From the human T2T-CHM13v2.0 reference genome, Homo sapiens, in the NCBI RefSeq assembly GCF_009914755.1, contig NC_060937.1: 64,000 nt of DNA; one strand, given 5' to 3'. Below the pieces are notes generated by a model, which saw only the letters and a list, made by a program, of their open reading frames with translations, did no database searches and was not told the origin of the DNA. Shown in pieces: positions 52,017-64,000 of this stretch (position 1 is its first letter; each line of letters opens with the position of its first letter). The position numbers and the translations under genes were made by a program.

Positions 52017-53641
52017 CTAAAAAAGAAATTGGTAGATTAAAGTCTGTCACATTTCCAAGCCTTGTAATACTGATTTCCAGGTTTTCCTCCTAAATGCTGG
52101 CACTCCCACAGGAGTACTGTACCACACTTGTCAGCACTGGGTAGCGCCATGTTTGCTAAGCTGCTGGGTTTAAAAAGAGAGTTTATTGTTTTCCTTTAAG
52201 TTCTTTTGATTATTGATAATTTGAGCATTAAAACAAAACAAAACAAATTTATGGTCACTTGTATTCTTTTACAACTTACCATTTTGGTTATTGGCCATTA
52301 TTCTATCGTGGTATTCGTATTTTTCTTCATGTTTCTTAAAACACTTTTTATATAATAAAAGTATTAAGCCTTTATCTGTCTCTATGTTGCAGAAATATTT
52401 TCCATTTGCTGTTACTGTTTGTATTTGTAGTTCTCAATAACTTCATTTTTGCCTCACAAAAGTTTTTACTTTTTGTAAAGTTGAATATGTTGGTCCTTTC
52501 CCGAAGATTATAAGACCTCTCTCACTACTGATTTTTAGGACATTTTGAGGGGTTTTGTTGGCAAAGACATCCAGCACCCCTTCAGGCCCAGCTTGCCCTG
52601 GCTTGTCTTGACTCCTGGGATTTTCTTCACTGATTAGTCCTCCTTTTTAATCCCAGGTGCCTTGCATTAGAAACTCCCCAAAGTTCCTTGTACATTGATG
52701 GGCCTAACCTCTGATTTCCAGGGTGTCACAGACTTTTCCCCCTTATTTTTATGTCTTCTGTCATTGCCATGGAATTTGGGGTGAGGTTTGGGGCTTACCA
52801 TGGGCTCAATTTGCCATCTGGCAAACAGAAGCCAGTGCTCATTAAATAATAGATACTAGAAAATCCATTGATGAGGAAAATAAACCCATATGGGAGTGGT
52901 AGACTTTATATGTTCCAAAGGAATTAAATACATTCATCTCCTTCTATTTGTAGTTTTGGAATGCTTAGTAAGGCCTTATAAATCTAGACTCTTCTTTAAA
53001 AACAAAACATAAACTTAAAAAGCAAACACTGAAGAATTCTGATTACAGCAATATTACAGGTTTTCAGTTAGGAAATATGAGCTCCCAGTTAGAACTTAAA
53101 ATAATAGTTTGTTTTGCACAAAGTATGCTAGCTCCCTGTCCACCCCCTCACTTCTACTAAAAGTAGTTAACTGCCTAGCAGAATGCTGGTGTCACCTGCT
53201 TTCAATATGAACTAACTGAACCACTCTGCAGTTCATAGTCGAAGGGTTTATAGCCTAAGCTAAGCAAGTTCTGCATTTACTTTAATTGCAGCTTTGATTA
53301 TGTCATACTCTGCTTCACTCTTTAATGGCCTCCTCTGCTCTTAGGCTAAAGTACGAGTACGAGAACATGACCTGCAAGAGCCTTAATGAGGGGGTTCCTG
53401 CTTGTGCTTTTGGCTTTCAAAGCTCCCAACCCAATGACCTTTCAGTTCTTGACTCCTTCTGCCTCAAAACCTTTGAGCATGTGGTTCCCTATACTTGGGG
53501 TAGCTTTCTGCTCAGTGGTGGGCTTCATGTAGATAACTCCTAAGCATACTTTGCTTCTTAGGGATCTTTCTCTGGAAACTCCTTCAGGGAAACCTTGCCA
53601 GATGCCTCCAGGCTACATTAGATTGCTCATTACTCAGTCAC

Positions 53642-54018
53642 TGATGTGGTTTGGCTGTGCCCCACCCAAAATCTCATTTTAAATTGTCATCCTTATAATC
53701 CCCACCTGTCAAGGGAGTGAGCAGGTGGAGGTAATTGAATCATGGGGGCCATTTCCCCCATGCTGTTCTCAGGATAGTGAGTGAGTTCTCACGAGATCTG
53801 ATGGTTTTATAAGTGTTTGGTAGTTCTGCCTGCATTCGTTCTTCTTCCTGCTGCCTTGTGAAGGAGGTGTCTTGCCTCTCCTGCGCCATCCGCCATGATT
53901 GCAAGTTTCCTGAGGCCTCCCCAGCCAGGCTGAACTGTGAGTCAATTAAACCTCTTTCCTTTGTAAATTACCCAGTCTTGGGCAGTTCTTTATAGCAGCA
54001 TGACAATGGATTAATACA
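53642..54018 (+). mobile_element. THE1D-like solo LTR
   Basis: TGATGTGGTTTGGCTGTGCCCCACCCAAAATCTC ... GGCAGTTCTTTATAGCAG..TAATACA. Confidence 0.92.
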
Positions 54019-54890
54019 GTCGTATATCTTCCTTTAATTCCATAACATGTATCAAAAATGTAAAAAAAAAAAAAAAATCACTTTTTGAATACCAGCTTTA
54101 TGAGAGCAGAAAACATTCAATCTTCTGTCTTCAGTCTAGAAAAAAATGCCTAGCAGGTAGTAGAAAATCATTAAATTTGTGGTTTTGAATGAATGAGAGT
54201 AATCTAGGTCATCAAAGTGGTTGTGTGTATGTTGCGGAGGAGAGTGAAGGAGTTGAGTGTGGGATAATTCAGTGTGCCACCAGGCATTCTATCTGGTTCA
54301 CCAAGAAATCCTTTTTTCTCCATAGCCACTCACTCACTTTCCTGTCCAAGAAGATTTGCATTGGAATACACAAAATGCACAAACACACAAAAATAAAAAT
54401 AAACAATGTAAGGTTGTTATTTCCCCCACCAACAGCTTTGCTTCTGTGTTTTCCATGGATATATCATATTTTTCAGTATGAGTTACATATTTATACACTT
54501 TATTTTTAAATTTGTGACTTCTTTAAAAAGCCTTCAAACTCTGTAGAAGCTGTCTGGAAGGTGCTTCTGATTGGGTTCCTCCTGTCTATGCCCTGAGTCA
54601 CTGTGGCACGAGCAGACCGCTTGCTGTGTAAATGTGAACAGGTCACAAAGTAAGCAAGAAAAATGAAATTTCAAAACTATTATAAATGACTTAGTCTTAC
54701 AGAAAGAATTGACTCGTAACACAGACCAGCCCCACAGAAACAGAGCTGCTTTTTTTGCATGTTCTTCTTGATGTTTGCACAAGAATTAGATGTATTAATG
54801 GAAGACATATTTTGCATTTTTCCACCTACTTTTCATTCTCTCTGTACTTTAAAAATAAATAAGATGCCATGGCCATTGTAATGTTAATTA

Positions 54891-55097
54891 AGTAATGTGC
54901 TAGAGCCTGCTCAAAAGCTAACTGTAAATTTTTTAATGAATTTTGAGGCCGATGTCAACCAATCATGTTGGTTGCTTGAAATTGTCCAAGGTAGGAACAT
55001 TTCACCAAGAGAACAGGTGAATGCTGCGGGACGCCCCCCGCCCCGCCCCCCCACCCTCTGCAGAAAGGCAGTGGCCAAGCTTTCACAAGCACCACTG
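54891..55097. mobile_element. MER63A-like (hAT-Blackjack)
   Basis: tgtgctagagcctgctc ... gcttgaaattgtccaaggtagga ... agcaccactg. Confidence 0.6.
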
Positions 55098-55349
55098 AGT
55101 GGTATAGGAAAATATTCCCCTCTTCAGCAATGCACACGTTCTTCTGTACCAGAGGCTGAAGAAGCCACATCAGTACCTGCAGAGTTTCTTATGCTCTTCT
55201 AGGTAAGCTTTCATTTCAACCATATCTTTCCATTTCTGGCTATGTGGGAACCTAAATTATTTCTTGAACATGCTTCTTAAGGGATTACAGTTAACTTGAT
55301 TCATATTAAAAGTCAGTAAAGAAACCTGGGGGAAGTCAGATGATCTTCA

Positions 55350-55570
55350 GATCTAGATGCCTTGGGTCCCAATCCTGGCTCTGGCCTTGCCTAATCTCTT
55401 CACTGGAGCAAGTTACCTAATCTCTTCATGCCACAGTTTCTGCATTTCTAAAATGAGGGTAATAGTATTCCCTACCTTTTCGGACTTTCCAAAGAGTAAA
55501 TGAAAGCATTTATATGAGATTACATATATATGAGTTAGAATAGTGTTTAGCACACAGTGATCAATAAAAC
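55350..55570 (+). mobile_element. MIR
   Basis: gcaagttacctaatctcttcatgccacagtttctgcatttctaaaatgagggtaatagta. Confidence 0.8.
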
Positions 55571-55579
55571 TTAATTACT

Positions 55580-55921
55580 AATGGTCTCTAACTTAACAAT
55601 GGTTTGACTTAGGGTGGTGGGAAAGCAATATACATCCAGTAGAAACCATACTTTGAATTACCATATGACCATTTCATCTTTTACTTTCAGCATAGTAATT
55701 AATACATTACATGAGATATTCAACACTCTAACAGGCTTTGTGTTAGATAATTTTGCTGAACTGTAGGCTAAGGTAAGTGTTCTGAGCACATTTAAGGTAG
55801 GCTAGACTAAACTGTGATGTTTGGTCGGTTAGGTGTATTAAATGCATCTTGGATTGATCATATTTTCAACTTAGGATGGGTTTACTGGGATATAACAGTA
55901 TTGTAAGTCAAGGAGCATTTG
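55580..55921 (-). mobile_element. MER47A (TcMar-Tigger)
   Basis: taagtgttctgagcacatttaaggtaggctagactaa..ggttaggtgtattaaatgcat..gtaagtcaaggagcatttg|ta. Confidence 0.85.
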
Positions 55922-55929
55922 TATTATTC

Positions 55930-56400
55930 TATTTTTTTTCTTTTGAAATAACTCTAGACCTACAGAAAAATTGTAAAAACAGTACAGAGTCCCTGCATAT
56001 CTTTCACTCAGTTTTTCTAATGCTAGCAACACTGCTCTGTTGCTATTAAGTAACCTACAGGCTTTACTCAGACTTTGGCAGCTTCCTCTGAAAGGGTCTC
56101 TCTTCACTCTACAATCCCTCTTTGCACTTAGTTGTCATACCTTGCTCACCTCTGGTCAATTAGGGTTCCTTAGTCTGCCTTTCTTTTATGACCTAGACAC
56201 TTGAAAGTCAGTTATATTTGTAGAAAGTCTCTCGATTTGAGTTTGTGTGAGTTTTCATGATTAGATTGAGGTTGTACATTTTTGGAAAGACAACCGCAGA
56301 AGCATGAGTATGTCCTTCTGAATGCGTCGTGTCATGGAGCTCATAGTATGCTGAGATTGTGTCACTCTACTGGGGATGTGACCTTAATAAGGGGTTACAA
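55930..56400 (-). mobile_element. L1MC-type 3' end, continuing after the MST LTR
   Basis: tgaaataactctagacctacagaaaaattgtaaaaacagtacagagtccc. Confidence 0.75.
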
Positions 56401-56402
56401 TC

Positions 56403-57181
<779 letters not shown>

Positions 57182-58546
57182 ACCCATCTGCCATCTTTCT
57201 CCACCCTAACAGTGCCATTTTTTTCTGTCTGAAATGAAAAAGTGTCTCATGTGTTGGAGAGAATGCATACATTCTGTTTTCCATATTTTTTTTCACAAAC
57301 TAATTTTACTATTAATAACTTTTTATTTCTTGTTTCCTCATCCTTTTCTGAAACATGTATTTCACAATTGACTATGCCAGTTGACGCTTATGTGTATCAT
57401 AGTAATTTTTAAACATGACTTTAAAAAGTCCCTCTCTCAAACAAGTAATTATACCCCAGAGAGAGGAGTCTAACTATGCTTAGACTCCAAGGGTTAGAGA
57501 AGCGCCAACTCTCTGACTTCACCAAGAGGCAGTGTGTGAGCTGAGTTAGACACAAGGCAGGGAAGGGCAGAGGACCTCTCCTGGGAGTGCAAAGGTGAAT
57601 GTCTTCTGGCCTGAGAACACATGTTCACAAATGTCTATTATTGTGCTGAGCAGCTGATCAGAGCTGGGGTTAGGGACATTGATGCCTGGAAATCGTAGTT
57701 GAGCTGCACTATACTTCAGAAGTAGTCAAGAGAAGAGCACTTTGCTGGCCACAGTTGTCAGCAAAAGATTCTTCAATCAGATGTCACCATCTGGGAGTGA
57801 AGGAAAGGGTTTTTATCCTGCCTTCCTTACGGAAGTGCATTTGATTCATTGCTGCCACATCAGCAGATGAGTCAGCTCTCCTGGGTATCTCATGGCTATG
57901 CAGATCTTCTTGTTAAGTAAACCCGTTGATGCTTCAGACACAAATGGCAGAGTTAAAGTCACCAATAAAATGTTAAGTGAGCGTTTTAGAAAATTATTTG
58001 ACTGTCTCTATCGGATCATGGTGTGAGCATTTGGGGCAATAGAGTGTAACAAATTATTGGAGAAAAAAGTATCTATCTATATATCTATTTATAAATTTCT
58101 TTTCAACATAACCCATATCCATGGACTCTACTTCAACTTCCTAGTTCACGTGAACATAAACCGATATGGCATCAATGCAGTTGGTGGGCTTGTGGTTCCC
58201 TTTTCTAACGGTATGGTGATTTCCATTGTCTTTCCCCCTGTCATTAGAGAAGGACCACTCCCATTTAAATGCTGGTGGACAGATTCATACATATTAGCTT
58301 CTGGACACCACAATAATTAAGACACCATCTGTCTCTGTTTAAATATGGTGCAGTTTGTACACAGAAAACCCTGGAATTATCTGTTCTTCTTTGAACAAAA
58401 AGAGTGGGTAGCACACAATCATGCCAAAACAAAATGAACAAGCATTTTGGGCAAATATGAGCCGTCCTATATCCAGTGCAGTTTCAACTCATGCCCATTA
58501 TATATTTTAAGGTAGGGGAAAGGAGCCTATTTAATGTTGGATATCT

Positions 58547-58760
58547 TCTTTTTTTTTTTTTTTAATCCATGCATAATAGATGTACGTAGTTATGGAGTAC
58601 ATGTGATATTTTAATACATTCATATAATTTGTAAAGATCAAATCAATGTACTTCAGATATTCATCATTGCAAACATTTTTCTTTATGCTAGAACCATTAG
58701 AATTATTCTGGCTATTGTGAAACATACAAAACAGATTATTATAAACTATAGTTACCCTAC
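58547..58760 (-). mobile_element. L1MA 3' end
   Basis: tggagtacatgtgatattttaatac..; TSD taatg(t/c)tgga(a)tatctt. Confidence 0.85.
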
Positions 58761-60729
58761 TAATGCTGGAATATCTTTAACTTAGGGTACTGGCTAAAGT
58801 GGAAACAGTGAGGTGCTAACACAAGAACAGAGGTATCAGGAGAAAAGCTTCTACATCTCGTTGTATTTCTAGCCTTGGCTCTCAAGCCAGTACTAAGATA
58901 AAAAAAATTCGGTAGATGTTACATCAAGCACGATTTTCAACATAAAAGGAATTTAAGGGATAATTGTCATTCTCTTTACCACAGATGCAAGCAGACATTG
59001 ACACATGCACAGACATGTATACATTTCACAGGAACTTTGGAACACGAAGACCAGAATGAGGACTGAAGAGATAAAATGAGAATTTCCTAGATTCAGCACA
59101 TTCTTATGTAGAGGATTTCTAGCCAAATTCTGCAGCTCCGAAAGGGTCAGAATGTTTGGAGAAGATCCCAATAAACACGTCAACGTGAGGTCTTTTATTC
59201 TGTTCATTACCTCCAAACCTCCCAACGCTCACAGGTCCCCTCCATCACTAATCAGAACAAGGATTGCTTTTTGTCCCACAATCTTCCCATTACAAGCTAA
59301 CCAATTAAAAGTGAAAAATTGTGCTTCAACTGTGAAAAGGTTCCAGCTCCTAAAGAAGATGAACTGGAACGAAAGGCCTCCTTTGTTCACTTTTCTTTTC
59401 TCTGGGAAAGCTACCTTTAAGGGCTGCAAGAATATAGCATGCAATTATTCTAAAAGGATATGCTTTGAGACTTTTAATTCATTTGAATCTTCCTTGTATT
59501 ATGACAGTGATACTTCTTTTTAAGGCTTTCAGACAACGAGCTTAATTTTCATATTGATTCATTCAGGGACAAAACAAAACTTTGTATAAACTGAATGGAA
59601 AATGACTCTCTTGTGGTGAAGAATCTGTGCTTGCATTTAATTATAATGCATGGAAGTGTTTCTTACTAATTAAACATTTAAATGAAGAGGAGGTATAAAT
59701 AGAAATTTAAAAAGGAGAGTGAGCACGACATAGTTCATCCATCCCAAGATGAAGGTCCTCAACAGTTCTTGTTTTTTAACATACCCAAAGCTGATGTGAT
59801 TGTCTGGGGTTTTAAAAGTGTCTCTGAACATATTAGGGGAAATTTGTCACTGTATATGATGATTACTAAATTAGCAATATGATTCACTTACAGTCTTATC
59901 AAGGAGGGGTCTTCAAGTGCTTTATTATCTAATTAAACCTCACAACATGCTGCAATTTTATTAATACATAAAATGAGATACAGTACAGTTAGTGTCTGGC
60001 TTTATCGTATACAATGAGAAAAGGGATGAGAGTATAAATTTGAGATTGAACACACTTCAGCCACTGAACCATCCAGACTGCTGCCAGACACACATTTCTG
60101 TTCATTAGAAAATTTTGGCAAAACAGGAAAGTCTCTTCATATAGATACTCAGTTTTCAACTTCATAAAATAAAGTAGCTTTATCTTATAGAGTCATTGTG
60201 TGGATTATATACCATAAGACCTTATTTGTCCATGCCTTTCTCTTCTTGTCCTACATGTATTTCCAACCACACATTGAGCAGGAGGGAGTGATCACCTGCC
60301 TTTGGTGAAAAGAGGGATCTATGCTTTACTCTAGGAGAGAATGACATATAAATTATTTTTACTTTCTTCAGCACACAGTTATTCAGTACCTAAGTGCGGT
60401 GACACCTAGTGCAATCCAGCATGCTGTTTCACACTCATCCTCTTACCTCCTGGAGAACTTAGCATGACACTGTGAACGTAGAAGGTGTCGAACAGACATT
60501 TATGAAGGGAAACAGCAAGCCCTTGCCAGAAGCATTTAGAGGATGTGGGAGAATCTGTGACATGCCAAGCAGAGGACTGTCACTCACTACACCTCATGCT
60601 GCACACCTCTAAGGACTGGGCAGAAAATGCCCAGCAGAATGGCAATAGGGACACACATGCTGCAGGAACATGCCTAGAACCGATAGAGCAGAACAACGTC
60701 TGGAAAGAGTGCGTGTATGAAACTTTCGT

Positions 60730-61118
60730 GTATATCAGCTAGGCTCTGATGTTTAATAAAACCTCAGTGGTTTAAAATAATAAGCATTTGCTATTTTTCA
60801 TGAATGTACAAGCCAGTTGGGCAGTTCTGATCTTGGCTGGGCTCTCTTGCGTGTTTGAGGGTGGGCCAGCTGTAAATTGTTCTAGGCTGGGGAATGCAGT
60901 CTGCCTCCAGATGTCCTCTCATCCTAGGCTAGTGTAGGTTTGTTGAGAAAGAGCAGCAACAGTCATGGCCTTTTGAGACTGGCACATTGTCACTTCTGCT
61001 GCATTCTTGTGGCCAAAGTAGCAAGGCCAGCCCAAATTAAAGGTGGAGAAGTGAAGGTCAGCTCCTGATGGACTCAGGGGACCGTGAATTGGGGCAACAG
61101 CAGAATGGTGCTGCCACA
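60730..61118 (-). mobile_element. Old MLT1 (H/J-like) LTR
   Basis: cctcagtggtttaaaataataagcattt; actggcacattgtcacttctgctgcattc..ggccaaag. Confidence 0.75.
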
Positions 61119-61275
61119 GCACTGACACTCAAATGGGGGTTTCAAATCAGCATAGAGGGAACTGTGTACACAGTGGAGGAAAACAACTGAACGTCTAAAC
61201 CCCAATTAGCCAATTAATAAAACTACGAGTGTAATAGAAAAAAGTGAGATATTATCTTTATAAACTTGAGGTTGA

Positions 61276-61612
<337 letters not shown>

Positions 61613-61877
61613 TAGAATTTATATTGAAGAGGATCAACAGTATTGCTACATAGAAAATTTAAAGCATCTATATGACATATATATGACAGCATCAAAAAAA
61701 GGTAAAAGACAAATTTCAAATTTGACAATATATGCAACTATATCCATAAGATCAGTATCTTTGGTAGTCTTATGTAACTCCCACAAATCAGTTTTTCTAA
61801 AGAGTATCAACACTAGAAAAAAAATTAAGGGAAATGCAGAGGCAATATGATGGAGGAGAAACACAAATTGGCAATTA

Positions 61878-62221
<344 letters not shown>

Positions 62222-62375
62222 TTAATAATTGCATTGTTAAAATGTCAATATTGCCAAAGGTTGATACTTTGGCACTCTTATACTCTGTTGGTGGAAGTGT
62301 AAATTGAAACTGAGTTTTCATTTATAAGTCATATAGATAGAGGAATATTACTTTAGTAATTATTGGAGTTAAATA

Positions 62376-62782
62376 TGATAAAAGAAGAACTTCAGCCATA
62401 TTAAAGGAGTTTAATTGAGCAATGAACAATTTGAGAATTGGTCAGCCCCCAGAATCATAGCAGATTCACAGAATCTCCAGGGGTGTCTCATGGTCAGAAC
62501 AAATTTATAGACAAAAGGTAAAATGACGTACAGGAATCAGAAGTGAGGTACAGAAACAGCGAGATTGGTTACAGTTTGGTGTTTGCCTTATTTGAACACA
62601 GTTTGAATACTTAGCAGTCTGTGAGTGGTTGAAGTATGGCCACTGGGATTGGCCAACACTCAGCCATTGTTACAGGTGCATTCTATTGGGTTTTCAATTT
62701 TGTCTGACTATTAAGCTAGGTTACAGTTCATCCACAAGGACTCAAATATAGAAGTACAGGCCATATTTAGTTTGCTTGAACA
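62376..62782 (-). mobile_element. MER57 solo LTR (ERV1)
   Basis: aacttcagcc..aaggagtttaattgagcaatgaac..aatgacgtacaggaatcagaagtgaggtacagaaacagc; TG..CA ends; TSD aa(t/c)a. Confidence 0.88.
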
Positions 62783-63503
62783 AACATCATTCTTACATGT
62801 AATTTTTGCTTGTTCTCATAACCATTACATTATCCCTATGTGCTAGTTTGCAGATGGCAAAACAAAAGTAAATTAAACTTTTTCCAAAATGGAGATCGTA
62901 AGTTGTGCCTATAAGTTATAGACCTGATCTTAGATAGTTTTGTGGCATTGTAAAAGGTTCACAAACTTTTAAACATCACTGTTTTCATCAGTAAAATTAG
63001 AAAAAAAAAAATCTTGCCATATTTCTCCTTTAAAAATTAAAGATGAGTTAATATACCCAAATTAGTGAAATCTGATTATCTTCTGGGCTAAGTTGTTTAT
63101 TCGTGGTGGATGGCCCTGTAAATTGATCCAAAAGGAGATGGCGGAAATTAATATATCTTTCTAATAATAACTACTGTTATTTTTTGAGAGTTATGTTTCA
63201 GACTTGGTCTTTGGTAATTGGTAAATACTCAATAGCATTTGTTTGACTGATTGTCTTATTGAATGATTACCTCATTTAATTCTCACTCGAGTTAGGCTTT
63301 ATCAATCCAGCTCTGTATAGGAAAGAACTGAGCAGAAGCTAAACACCATGCCCAAGGTGACATGCGTAGAAAATGGCAGAGCTGGATTCACACCAAGATC
63401 CCTCTTTCTCCATGGTTTGTGCTGGTAGCCATGTTCAAACTCAAACACTGGGTTCATGTATTGTTTGCATGTGCACCTTGTGATGTGCATAGGAACTGTG
63501 ATC

Positions 63504-64000
63504 TGAGATGCTAAAATAGACACCACTTTATCCACTGAGATGGACCCAAAGATTAAGGAGACAAAGTCACCTATGGGTGGAGGGTTCAGGGCCCAGCTGA
63601 CTTGGGTAATTTCTAAATTCCTAGGGCTAAACTCCCTAACCATAGGATCTGTCAGCTCTGATTTCCAACCTAGACCACTGTAACTCTGATTGGACAGAGG
63701 CCGGGCCTTATCCTAACATCCTCTTCTGATAAGCTGTTACAGACCTCAGGTTTCAGCAGCTCACAGAGGCTGTGCACAAACCATCTTTTTGTCCCATAGT
63801 TCACTTTTTGGTGTAAAAAGCCAAATTCCACCTCATTTTAATGCTAAAACCCAAAGTGAATATGGATGTATGTTACACATATGTTTATCCATCACACGTG
63901 TACTCAGCTCACCTCATAAATATGTATAGCTTTCCCCCAAAACCTGTCGAATATGATACAGGCCCTGTGAGACTAAAACCCAACCTGTCCCTTCCCCTCT
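63504..64000 (+). mobile_element. MER39-like LTR (ERV1), truncated by window end
   Basis: actgagatggacccaaagattaagg; aactctgattggacagagg; agccaaattccacctcattttaatgctaaaacc. Confidence 0.8.

Noticed and set aside
59152-59523. 123-aa ORF
   Set aside because: No homology recognised, no coding-like composition, overlapped by similar opposite-strand ORFs

Overview
Primate (probably human or great-ape) genomic DNA that is dense in repeats: about 16 Alus, several L1PA/L1M pieces, MER41B, THE1D, MST, MLT1, MER57 and MER39 LTRs, a 7-kb ERV-L provirus nested in an MLT1F element, and Tigger/hAT fossils. No intact protein-coding gene is visible, and most ORF-track entries are Alu, L1, ERV or microsatellite artefacts. 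The main result is in the unique sequence of the first ~30 kb. About 19 short + strand segments, most bounded by recognisable splice signals, translate in genomic order into the C-terminal half of a myosin motor domain, several IQ motifs, a short linker and a class V/XI-type globular tail with a DIL domain. The segments carry stops (mostly TGA where Arg is expected) and frameshifts. This reads as an old, intron-containing fossil unconventional myosin gene whose 5' half lies upstream of the window. All protein and repeat comparisons were made by eye against sequences recalled from memory; no search was run, and I cannot say whether the locus is already annotated.
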